NCBI GenBank assembly: GCA_025201805.1
Contig: MU619336.1
Location: 1 to 64,000, forward strand
DNA from: Parasitella parasitica NRRL 2501
Taxonomy: Eukaryota > Fungi > Mucoromycota
Length of the DNA: 64,000 bases
Direction of reading: 5' to 3'
In this document: positions 24,958 to 36,991 of the stretch, in pieces
How positions within the stretch are numbered: position 1 is the stretch's first letter
Layout of the letters: every line of letters starts with the position of its first letter
Position numbers and translations under genes: made by a program
Notes under the pieces: generated by a model
Seen by the model: the letters and a program-made list of their open reading frames with translations, nothing else
Database searches by the model: none
Told to the model about the DNA's origin: nothing

Positions 24958-26275
24958 ATGGACTTTAACGCAAGACAAACAAAGATTGCAAACATTCTAG
25001 AAACATATTTCAGCGATGCTTCGCTGTTATGGGACAAAGTGATGCTCAGTAAAATGTTAAAAGACCCAGAGAAAAGTAGGCTCTGCATGGAGTTGGCCAT
25101 TTATTTCTTTTTAGGTAACCTTTTTTTCTTTCTTTCTTACTTAGTGGTCTCATTTGAGGAGCTTTCAAAATTACCCAAATTCAAATCCATAACAGCAGCA
25201 ACAGAAGAAATACGATCTGCTGCAGAGAGACACTCGACAAATCGATTAAAGGTTTTAGTGAATCGTTTGTCATAAAATGCCGTCTACTCACATCATTATC
25301 CTCATGTTATAAAGTTGAATAAAGACAAGCAAAAAGTAGGCCGAATTAAGCCGTACGTTGTCGACAAAAAAGAAGAATTGGACGAATGGTCTATATACGT
25401 TGAAGGCCTGAAAAAACCGTACGATAACGAGCAAAGTATCAGGGAATTGTTCAACAAATTAGTAGGATCTGTGTCTTTCTTTCGCATACCGCCAACCCAA
25501 AAGGGAGAGTGTAGGTTCTTTGGCTACTGTTTTGTAGAGTTCAACGATAAAAATAATGTGGATCGAGCTATTCAAATTGTCAATCGCTACAATTGCTCGG
25601 ATATAGCTACGGATGTTTCAATGCTGGATGAATCAGAGTCAAAATCTCTTGCGGACAAGTTGAACTTGCGGGTCATGTCAAAGTAATTTACATTTCATGT
25701 GTCTTAGCTTTGATGAAGGCAGTTCTAAAGACTCTTGCATATAGGATGCAATGGAATGCTCTGAAAGACGAATACCTGATCCTACTGACAGAAAGAAAGA
25801 CTTATGTAACAAGTTTGTGGAACGAATATCAAAAGGAGGGGACAGAGGAAAACATGGAGCAAGAAGTAGACGAAAAGCCTTTCTTGGAGGGTTTAATTGT
25901 ATTTGTAGATTGTTTACATCCTCAGTGCCCCAAAACTGTGGCTATTGCGTTACTGCAAACGTCGGGTGTCCAGATTGCTTTCATGAATGTCAAAAAGAAA
26001 GGCTTAACAAGTACCCACATTCGATTAAAAACAGCTGAAGATGCAATCAGAATTTGCGATTATTTCAGTACACATCACATTATACAGGAAACAGAAAAAG
26101 ATACTACGGGAAAAGAGCAAGGGAGCAGGACGACAGATTGCTTGAGATTGAGACGTATCCAAGGTATAAATTGAACACATCAGCTTTACAAAGGGATATT
26201 CGGTTCATGATAATAATTACATAAATAGGCACTGAAGAAGAGATTTATTGGGAAAATGAGCTCAATCGACGATAG
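24958..26275 (+). CDS. LARP7: LARP7/Pof8-like protein (degenerate La motif, RRM1, C-terminal xRRM), 5 exons
   Basis: La-motif-like 'ILETYFSDASLLWDKVM..MVSFEELSKL'; RRM 'SIYVEGL..FFGYCFVEF'; 'LRVMSKMQWNALKDEY'; xRRM 'FLEGLIV..HIRLKTAEDA..IQGTEEEIYW'. Confidence 0.75.
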
Positions 26276-26277
26276 CT

Positions 26278-27736
26278 TTATTCTTTATTATAATACAAAC
26301 TAAAGGCATCTAATGAGGTTGTAATGACAGCAACCAAGATCTCCATGCCAATCAGCCAAATCACAATCCACTCTAAATGCTCTCCATGCGAACTGTTCAA
26401 GTGATCTTTGAGCATCTCTAATAAATCGCTGATAACTTCAACTCTTTGATTCAACAATTCCACACGCTGTGAAATTTCCAAATAGCCACGAATTGCACTG
26501 TATAATGGCTCCAATGTAGGCTCTGACCAAAAGATTTCTGGTGTATCTAAGATGTTGGAAACCAAGTTGACATTGATACGCATGATAAATAATTGTCCAA
26601 TTTTCTTTGTGATTGCAGTTCTACAAACAATTTGTGAATACATGTGATATCTGCTCGTGCCAGATCCGTCTATACCTGGACATTTGAATGTTTCCGCTTT
26701 CAGCCATGACTTGAGGAATATATTTGGTTTCATTAATGGTGTCGTCAATTAATCTCTCGAAAAGTGTCATTTTGACGCTTTGCGCTATGGCATGAGCAAT
26801 TGTCAACTTGATCAGGTAATTTGATGGGTGTCTCAGTGTGATAATGTCGTTGTAAATGCTATGATACAGGCAGTAAAGTTAGGGTAAGGATGGCTGTTTG
26901 CAGACTGTAGACTTTACCGAGGTTGATAGGCTTCATTATAGTAATAATGGAATTCTTCAGTTTCAACATCATCAGCATCAAGCTTTTCTTCCTCAAAAGG
27001 AACCAGTAACTTTAGTATTCTCTGCTCTTCCTTGAGCGTCATGCCCCAAAATACAATAACACCATAGTCAAATAAGAACATTTCAGGGAGCCTTTGATTT
27101 GTGTTGGCAGCATGCGCAGAAGAATGAGGCGGTGCAATTGGATACGTAAAGGCATATGGCGTATACAAACATTCGTCGAACCTCTTTGGCGCTGTTCCGT
27201 TCGTCTTCTTTTTCGACTGAAGGTATTTCACCAATTCATCCATACGATAGGCACTAGTGATTATTATGCGATTGTTACACAACATTATTTTTTTTTTCAC
27301 CAGATAAACAAACTTACGATGCGGTGCAGTAAGCTGTCATTCTCGACAATTCACTTCTATCCATTTTGTTCAACATTTCAGCTTCTTGTCTTGCCATGCC
27401 ATGAGGTATTTTAGCAATTTGAGTATACACGTCAGCTTCATTTTGCTCATGTTCCTGGTCCCATTGGTCATTGTCTTCAGGAAATAGCTTGAGCTTTTGA
27501 GATATCTTTGTTGTGCGCATAGGAAGCTTGGGCTTGCTGGATCTTGCTTGTGATTTCTGCTGCTGCTGCTCGACAAAAGTATTGTAATGAGAGCTTCTTT
27601 GAGGGAAAGAACGAGAGGTGTTTGGTTTCGGCGATGCATTTGATAAAGCGCCAGGGATGTCTCTTGCAATAAGAGGTGTATTTACCTGATCATCGTCTTC
27701 TCTTCTTGCGCTGAAGGCTCTTTGTGGTTGCGACAT
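26278..27736 (-). CDS. RMD1: Rmd1 / DUF155 family protein, multi-exon
   Basis: 'RMTAYCTASAYRM', 'FLFDYGVIVFWG', 'AHAIAQSVKMTLFE', 'NILDTPEIFWSEPTLEPLY..YLEISQRVELLNQR', 'LEWIVIWLI'. Confidence 0.9.
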
Positions 27737-28001
27737 GCTGTATGATTGTTTTTTTATCGGGAAAAAAAAACCGTTTCTTGCTCCCCCCAAGTTGGCAAGA
27801 TGATGTTATAGGATGAGAAACAAGTCATGTTGCTATAACCTTTTATGAATCTTGGTTGGACAGCCGCGCAGCTGGCAGTGCCTATTGTTGACTCATTGCA
27901 TGATTTGAAGGTATTTATCACTTTTTATTCCTCTAAACTATATTTTTTACACACACACCCTCCCCAAGTCGAACAGATTTTTTTTTTAATAATCGCAAAA
28001 A

Positions 28002-29013
28002 ATGAATTCATCTATGCTGAGACATTCTCCTCACTCGCCATATTCTACTGATAGCAAGTTAAGCACAAGCAGGAAGAGCCTTGGTCGGTATACAAGAAGC
28101 GAGCTATATGAACTTCGAGAAAGAAACCTGCAAATGCTGAGTAACCAGTAAGCTTGCTTTGTAGTCAAAAAAAAAAAAAAAAGAAATAAAAATCAAGACC
28201 TGTCTAATACAAAATTTAAAATTTAGATTTGTAATTGATACATTGCCGGATAAAGGTGCCAGGCTAAAAGAGACAGTTCAACATATTGACAAGCTGCTAT
28301 CAAGTGTGTTTGATGAAATAACTCCAGACAACACAAATGACATGGAATGTCCACTTACTGAAAAATTGCAAAATATGTCAGTACTTACTCCTCATCAAGG
28401 AGCAAGAAAGAGGTCAGTTGATTTGGCTAATCAGCAGGCATTCAACCACTATATGTCAAGCGGTTTATTGTGTAGAAAACCAAAGAGAAAATCGAGCACC
28501 CATACTCCTAGCAACGTCTACTCGTCTATATTCGTCCCTCAGCATGCTCACGGTACTAGTCCACCACAAAATTCTCAAACATCTCATACACCACAACATG
28601 TAAGTATCATTAAAGTTTTTCATGTGTCACACTAGTTTAATAACAACAACAGAAGACAAAGGTTAAAATGCTCACATTAAACGAATCTCTATCACTACAA
28701 ACAGAGCAGCAATCGTCAGTAAAAGAAGTAAGGAAAGATCATGACGAATCGAATGCCTGTATTAACTATTTCATTATTTCTTTAGTGTGAGAAATCACTT
28801 GATTTTGCACATCCTAGCAAGAGTCTTTTAAAATCGCTCAAGTAATGTATTTTCTTTGGCAAATAATGTTCCTATCTAATCAAGGATTTAAAACATAGCT
28901 TGTCTGTAGATTTAATCCAACAAGAAATCAACATTGATGATGTGGAATTTCCAGCTCACTTTGAAGAAGATGAGGATGACGATGTCCCTGTCGAGCCCAT
29001 GATGATTGATTAA
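28002..29013 (+). CDS. Gdown1/POLR2M (GRINL1A)-like RNA polymerase II-associated protein, 5 exons
   Basis: Spliced product: N-terminal 'SLGRYTRSELYELRERNLQMLSNQFVIDTLPDKGARLKETVQHIDKLL', later 'KVKMLTLNESLSLQTEQQSSVKE', acidic tail 'FEEDEDDD'. All introns are GT-AG and keep the frame. Confidence 0.7.
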
Positions 29014-30227
29014 AAATAAAGAATAGGAAATAAATATTATGCGTTATTTCATCACCACCGTGGCAAGTGATGAAAACAAGCACACACTTACGCACACACC
29101 CACGCACACAGAGCACGCACAGATAGGTTCGCTGTGGAAGGACACCGCTTTGTGTAATAGGCTGATGCTTGATAAAAACATTCTTTTTTCTTGCTAGTGA
29201 TTGATTCAAACTTCAGTTGTTGATGAAGCACATTAGGAATACTACCGTTAGTAGTCGTTCATGTAATATTTAATGTGATTAGTTTCTTTATTGGTAATAA
29301 AAAGCAATTTTTATTGTCGACTTTTATTGCATCATTCGAATCACACAACAAACACTATATGTTTGTGTGTATTTCTGAAAACGCACAAAAAAGATGTATG
29401 TTATTCTGTACAAAGACACTGTATCGTCATCCTTATTCAGAAATCAAACTCTGGTACTTTTTCAAGATAACGCCCATGTCTCTTGTACTTTCTAGCTAGT
29501 TGCAAAAGCAACTTGAAAGGTTGATTTCATTTTTATTCAAAGGACTCTAATAGTACCAACTAAAAATCACTATTTGACATAAAAATGGATGTATATCGAG
29601 TTGATGATATCATAAAAGGGAATAATATGAAAGTTGTATGAATCCAGTTTTAACAGTAGTAAGGAATTGTGTTTTAATGTTTCGGAACATACGAGTTTTA
29701 ACAGTAATCACGAACACATACTTGTATGTTGACGATATTATGGTTTTCTGTAAAGTTCTACAGATAAAATACTGCTGTACAGTAAGAATGGTGAATTCTG
29801 TCACTTTGAGAAAATTGAATGCATCGATTGTGAACTATCTTCCACACTGCTCTCGTTATTATCATCATCATACTCTGTAGCTGGTTCTTCTACAATAAAC
29901 ACATCTATAGTATTTTTTTGCCCTATGCTATTTTTTTTTTTTTTTTTGCTTTTGTGGACAAAATACCCTTTTTTTAGATTCTCAAAACCATCGAAGAAAA
30001 AAAAGGAACTTCAAAGTAACAAGGCAAAATGTTTACGAATATAATTTGATAAAAATCATGCATTACAATAACAACATTAACAGCATTAATTGGAAAGAAT
30101 ATGGAAGTAAGGTTTTGAAATATGGAGAAAATTAATCTTGATTCTCTATTGCTAACGTAATTGTTGGGACTTTGTAGCATATTTCTAGCATAACAGGATA
30201 TGATACACTATTTCCGGAAATTATTGG

Positions 30228-31135
30228 TGCACCAGCAAAAACATTTAGGTGCACTATCAAAAACGTTTTGGCGCACGACCAAAATAAATTTGGTGCAAAA
30301 ATAAGATGTGTTTGGCACAATTTCTTTATTGCTTCCTTTTGGGTTTCCTTTTCCTATTATAATTTATTTTACAGACATTCAGAATGGATATGCAATTTTT
30401 TTATGAAGATGGACAAGGACATGCTGTTGATGAAAACGGAGTTGAGCCCATGGATCTTGTTGTTGACGAGGAGTTATTCGCTTATCGAAACAATAAGTTT
30501 TCGTACTCAATTCCTAGCGAATAAACCTCCTGAGAGACCTCATAATCCTGTAATGCGTGCCGTTGCGGATGAGAGGAGCTGTGAGGATGTTTATATGGAG
30601 CAATGCTATACAGTTTATCCTGATGAAGATAAAACTCGATTTTTTCATTTATTTTTTAGCAAATGCTTGAATGCTTCTACCGTTGCAAGACAATTGGGTA
30701 TTCATGTCCGAGCAGCACAGAGATGGGTTAAACGTTATTACGAGGACCCTGAAAGCATCTTTGCGAAGAAAAAGTCAGGTCGGCGTCGTATTCTCGGTGA
30801 GGAGCATAAGCAATTTGGTTTAAATTATAGTGATGAGAATCCTTCTTCTGCTGTTGTAACTGAGGTGGCAGAAAGTTTAACGCAAAACTTTGCAGATCTT
30901 AAATGTTTCTCGTTGCACCATTTATAACTTCATGACAACTGAGTGCAATCTATCGATTAAGCAGGCACAATTCCAGCCTGTAGAAAGAAATAGCGAAGAA
31001 AAGATCCAACAAAGGTACGATTGGGTACAAAAGTGGCAGCAAACTGACTTGGATTTCACAACAAATTGTGTCTTTCTTGATGAATCAGCAAAGTTTTGCG
31101 TTAAACTTTCTGCCACTTCAGTTACAACAGCAGAA
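30228..31135 (+). mobile_element. Truncated, frameshifted Tc1/mariner (IS630-like) transposase remnant
   Basis: HTH region 'ASTVARQLGIHVRAAQRWVKRY..KKKSGRRRIL', 'VSRCTIYNFM..CNLSIK', and the first catalytic Asp motif 'NCVFLDES'; the rest of the DDE domain is missing. Left boundary approximate. Confidence 0.8.
30846..31135. repeat. 52-bp inverted repeat (30846-30897 and 31084-31135, 2 mismatches)
   Basis: ttctgctgttgtaactgaggtggcagaaagtttaacgcaaaactttgcagat versus the reverse complement of atcagcaaagttttgcgttaaactttctgccacttcagttacaacagcagaa. Confidence 0.92.
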
Positions 31136-32015
31136 CAAACTCTGGTAACTTATGTGGCTAATATTTGTGATTATAAGAGCTTTTTCTTTATGAAAACAAA
31201 AAGACAAGCAAAGCAATGATTATCAACCTTCATGTTTACTAATTCCTTCAATCTGTCTACTCATGCCAATATATATATTGCAGAGGGTTCAGGTTGCTTA
31301 AATCGTGGCAGAAACTGCATATTTTACTAGATGCTGTTTCCGACCTTGATCTTTTAATTGGTGACAATTGGGGTATATAAAATAACTGATGAAGCTGGTG
31401 TGTTGACAATGCAGTTCATATCGAAAACTTAAAATGGGATAAAAAAGGTATTCAAAGAGTATTTCTCCATACCTGATCAATTATTATGCAAATACTGAAT
31501 ATCCATGTTAATCGTTATTCATATACGCGGGTGCATAAAAACCATGCCGTTATCAACTTTGATTGAAAATATTGTTACTTGCAAAATGAGATTGATCCTT
31601 ACATTTCATATAATGGCTAGCGCCTAACAGAGCAGATGAAAAGACAGAAGAAAAGCCTTGGTTCTAGCATGTAATAGTGTTTTTTTATAGGGATTTGCAA
31701 AGTTTTTGTATCGATATGAAAAACTTGCCTTGATGAACGACATTATACTATATGCCATTTCGAATTCGGCAACTGTGCTCAAACAAACTTAGGAAGTATG
31801 CCACAATGTGCTATATAATTGAAAAAAAAAAGTAATCTTTCAATAAGTTATATTTGCATTCTCAGATTAATCAATAGAGGGATGAATACAGTGGTTTATG
31901 TTTTGTTTAATTTTGATTTTAAACCTCTTTTAATTAAGAGATGGACTTCAATGAAAAGTTTGGTCGTTTCAACACTAAGATCCTTGATTTCACGAATGTA
32001 TAGTTCTTTTCAAAC

Positions 32016-33357
32016 CTAAACAGCAACATATCCACCAGTACCACGGCGGCGCGACATGACAGAATCAACAACATGAGCAAAGAGATCCTATTGACAAAAT
32101 ATGAACTTTAGCAGCAAAACTGCATTCGCCTTGAATAACAACTTACTTTGATGAGATAGGGAAGATCAAACCAAAATTCTAGTTCATTTTGTTAGATGGC
32201 TACTCAGCACACTATTTACAATGATTTCCCTTAGACTTACCACGATGAGGAATCAGATCAAGTCCCTTAGCATTATACATCTTGAAATTGTAAAATGCGC
32301 CACCAATAAAGTAAATGACAGCCAACACAAAGATCATGGTGAAGAAAATCCCAATACCTGACATTCCACTACTATCGTTGCTGGGAGGAGGAGGGTTCGT
32401 CTTATTGCCATCATCGGGTATATTTTCACCTGATTTAGTGCTACAAAATACACGTTAAAATATACTGTATCAAAGCAGTGAACATTATACATACGCGCAG
32501 GCGAAAAAGGTCTTCCATTGGAGTGTTAAAACGTTGTTGTTATACGAAACTACAGTAGGATCAGATGGCACGTCCTAAAACTCTACGTAAATCACTCTTT
32601 TTCTGCTCATCTCATTCATCTTATGTCTACCTTGGATCCATTTTCATCACATTCCAAGAAGATTTGGGCAGACTGTGCCCTATTACCCCAAGCACCGCCG
32701 TTTATCGACAAAGAATACTGGTATCCACCTATACAATAATCTCAGTTGACCATTCATCATAATCCATTTCTCTCTCTCTGATATCCTTACTCTTTGTAGC
32801 ATCACCGTCAGAATTAATAGGTTTGAATTCAGCATTTAAATTGCTGCTTGGATTTGATAACATGAATCAAATCTTGCCAACTTCCAAAGGCTACAATGCA
32901 ACTTACCTTTTGGCGATAGTTTGTATGTAATCAATGCTTTTGGTATTTTCTCTTGTATGAATAACTCTTCTGCAGATAAGCTACTCTTAGCATGTTTAAA
33001 ATGCTTGTCCTATTTGCACGAACCGTATGATTACTTACAGTATCCTTTCCACAAAAATCTTGGGCATTCTCATTTGGGATAGGAAGACTCTCACACAAAT
33101 TTACCTGAACCTCGGTAGTAGTTTTAGTGGGGGGTGTATCTTCTTCAGTGGATATAGTAAACACTCTATTAAACCATGATAGGTATTAGTATAAAGCATC
33201 CTACACGTAAAAATATTTGATAATACTTGTTCAGTTTAGATAAGTCCAATTGTAAATCTTTATCTCCAATAGGCTTAAAGCCCTTTTGGCAATATGGTTG
33301 AATAGCCAAAGCAGCCCCTGAAAGCAAAATTAAGGCCAAGTTGATTGAACTTTTCAT
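32016..33357 (-). CDS. ATG27: Autophagy protein Atg27 / M6P receptor homology type I membrane protein, multi-exon
   Basis: Signal peptide, 'DTPPTKTTT..NLCESL', 'TLQWKTFFAC', TM 'GIGIFFTMIFVLAVIYFIGGAFYNF', 'RGLDLIPHRDFW', ends 'GGYVAV' (YxxPhi). Confidence 0.85.
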
Positions 33358-33445
33358 TATAATGATGTGTTAATGTTTAATAGAAAAGAGGAATGTGCGT
33401 ACAATAAGAAAGATGGCTTTAACAATAGACCGCCAAAACGTGACT

Positions 33446-34902
33446 TTAGTCCTTATGAAGATGTTTACGCTTGTTGCTCGGTAATCCACCTCCAGGCTGG
33501 TTCCAAGACAAGTACGATTCATCGCCCAATTTTCTCGGTCGGATCAAATGTCTTATAGTGAATAAAAGTCCCAGAAGAATACATAAAGCACCAATAGCCA
33601 TATAAGCAATACCAAGGTAAGGGTTGCGACCTCCCATAGCAGTAGTCGTTGTTAAAACTAGCCATTTTTCGCCTCCATATTGCAATGTATCAAAATCTGA
33701 AATAATGGATCAGTAGAGCTCCTCTCCCCCCCCCCTTTTTTTTTTTAATTTACTCACTGGAATCAATAGATATTCTCCATCGACCGGCCTGAAGATCTTG
33801 CGTATCGTTTCTTGCCCAGATCTTACGAAAGTCAGGTAACGCGGCCACGTGCATCCAAACCATGAATCGCTCTTGAGTGGATAAATCTGGCGGAGGATAT
33901 TCATCCGTGTACTCCCCATTAGGATAACGAAGGGCCCAATTGGGTGGAGGCGCAATCTGCGAGATTTGATACTTGGTAGGTCCGTATTTTTGTTGATCGG
34001 ATGGCCATGCAATATTATGAGGGCTCATGACAAATGTCTGGGGCGTTTCAGAATCGACAGAATTGAGATTAGAGGCAGTATCTAGGAGCAAGCCATATAT
34101 ATCAGAATGTCTGCCATTTAAGCCTGCAAAATTCAGCTTACCATTAAACATTGAGTTGGCGATCAATCCACATGGAAAAATAGCTTTTCCAGCATCATTA
34201 AACGCTAACGGAGCACAATTTGTATCAAGTGTGCCGGATGCCACAACGTCTCCCATCAACTGAGTGGCGTCAAAGTTCTTGATGTATAGTCGATGGTTTT
34301 GGTAGAATTCTGTGAGTCTGTAATACAAGAAAACTGGGCCCTTCATTGTGGTGGGGATTGTAAAGTCAATTGTGCAGCGAGGTATGCTAATATTATTGGG
34401 ATTACCCCATGTTGGATCGAGGAAACTGCTTTCGTTCTTGTATGAATACACCGGTGCTTGCATATCTGATGCATTGAAGTTCTTGTCAGACACTTGGTAA
34501 TCGTAGAGGCTTGGAGCCAGAAAAACTGGGTCTGTGTATTGTCGGCAATATGAATAGTTGATCATTATCTGGTCAACCTAAGTTGTATATGTCTTTTAGT
34601 AATAGACTTTGGCTACTCTCTTGCATTGACACTACCTTGTTGCTGTTCCACCATAATAAGCCTCCAGCAGGACAAAATATGATGCCAACAATAAATAGAG
34701 TAGGTAGAACTGTTCTAGGTGTTAAAACTGGCTGCCAAGCTGGTAATTTTTGCTGCCTAAATGCGCCATCTACAATCAGTGAGAGAAGAGCCGCTATTGT
34801 CAATAAAATAAAGATTTAGAATACTGATTGACTACTACCTTTAGGCTTCCTGGATTTCTTCTCCTCTTCTTGGGGCTTCTCTTCTGTTTCTTCCTTTGTC
34901 AT
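33446..34902 (-). CDS. CDC50: Cdc50/Lem3 family P4-ATPase beta subunit, multi-exon
   Basis: 'SRKPKDGAFRQQKLPAWQPVLTP', 'YYRLTEFYQNHRLY', 'PCGLIANSMFND', 'FMVWMHVAALPDFRK', 'MGGRNPYLGIAY'. Confidence 0.95.
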
Positions 34903-35321
34903 AGTGGTTGTGTTAGAAGAAGGAAAAATGAAACTGGGACATTGGTTTCCGACACTGTCTCTTTTATCCCCTCTTCACTCGAGTCACGGCAATTTCATCT
35001 CCTAGCTACAGCGATCGCTTTGGAAAGTGGACAGTACAATAGAAAATAAGGTACAGTTTCCATGACTACTGAATTGCTGTATTCAGACCAAACCTGCATA
35101 ATACCTTGTTAATTCAAGTTTATATTTGCCATTTTTTGTTTCAGCTCATAGCTTGTGATCTACCACCTTCAGCTGTTATAAACATTAAAAAAAAAGGGAG
35201 ATAAATACATGTGCATGAATGCGTGTGAGAAAAAAAAAAAAAAGCCTTTAAACTTTACTCGCAAAACGTATAAAAAGCAATCAAAATGTAATGTCGATCT
35301 CCATTATTTCTTTTCTAAAAC

Positions 35322-36266
35322 ATGAAATTATTACAAAGGACTCAATTGACTGAGGCTGTGAAAGTCGCTGAAGCCTGGGAAGGTTTTGTGAAAACCAAAT
35401 ACGCAAGCAAAAGTTCGACAAAAGAGTCATCTGCTTTTCGTGATTACCAAGTCGCAGACGAAGAACAACCATTAGTCGCTGCATTGTACAAGGAAAACCA
35501 TGCCAAACAGTCGTTGGAACATGTCCTGTCCAAAAAAAAACTTTACGAGGGTTTAACCCACGGCAAAATGAGCATTTGGGAAGCTCTTGAATTGATGAAT
35601 ACCTTGGTGGATGAATCTGACCCTGACACTCAACTCTCGCAAATCGCACACTCTCTTCAATCAGCAGAAGCCGCTAGAAAAGACAATCAGCCAAGGTGGA
35701 TGATCTTGACTGCCCTCATCCATGATTTGGGCAAGTATTTATTCTTTTTGGGCGAACCTCAATGGACAGTATGTAAACATTCAAAAAATGGCTTGACTGA
35801 TTTTTTTTTTTAATCCGATGATGCATTCATGTAGGTTGTTGGCGATACGTTTCCTGTTGGATGTGCATTTTCGGACAAGATTGTATACTCTCACTATCTT
35901 AAAGAAAATCCAGATTACAATAATCCAGTCTATTCGACAAAATATGGTATCTATAGCCCTCATTGTGGTTTGGACAACGTACATCTCAGCTATGGCCACG
36001 ACGAATACCTATATCATGTTGTCAAAGACTACCTGCCTGCTGAGGCAGCTTATATCATTCGTTATCATTCTTTTTATTCTTGCCATACAGGAGGTGAGTA
36101 TTCTTGGTTGCTGAATGAGCACGATGTGGAAATGATGAAATGGGTAAAGATTTTCAACCAGTATGACCTTTACTCAAAGGCAGAAGATGAGCCACACGTA
36201 GACCTGTTAAAACCCTTTTATACAGAGTTAATTAATGATTTTTTCCCCGAGAAAATCAGATGGTAG
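35322..36266 (+). CDS. MIOX: myo-Inositol oxygenase, 2 exons
   Basis: 'FRDY', 'LVDESDPD', 'HSLQSAEA', 'LIHDLGK', '[14 protein letters not shown]', 'SYGHDEYLY', 'IRYHSFY', 'FNQYDLYSK'. Confidence 0.95.
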
Positions 36267-36991
36267 CAAAACTTGATGATATTCTAAAATAAAACAATTA
36301 CAGCTGTTGTCTGTAGTAAGCACTAATCAGATAAGTGATACTTGCTGCATACGACATTGGTGAAGAATGGTTTTGAGAATTAACATAAATTTTTGTGTTC
36401 ATCGAAGGTACCATCTGCTAAAGACGTTGTTGCATTAAAATTAAAGATATAAATCTCCCTGCAGCTGTTGTAGAGGGTTAGCTCTCAAACGTAGGCATTT
36501 AGCTACCAGTATATTTCACTCTTCTGCCTTTATGGAATGATAATCCTTTCGAGATCAACCTATGATTGGCTTTGACATTACTTGTTGGAACCTAATTAAT
36601 GTATGATTTCAATGCTAATCTTTGAGTAATCAATATAATGCAAGCTATCACATTGATAAACGATATAAAAGCTATAATATCATAACGATGGATTATGATT
36701 TTTCTGTCTTAGATGTTTCATGATGGAATATGTGTATGACAAGGCAAGATCAAATTTGAACATGGCTGTGTATTACTAGTAAAATGCAAAAAAAAAAACG
36801 AAACATGTTTTGTGTATATATAATGGATTAGATCAGAATAGTTGGTTTAAAGAGAAAAAAAAAAAAAAGGGGGGGGGGATAACCATCCACTAAGAAATGC
36901 TATTAATGAGATCAATAAAAAAGACATGGAGACACGGACAGAAAATAGAGGGGTATTTTTTATATGAAGTATTTACGGTAACATAAAAATT

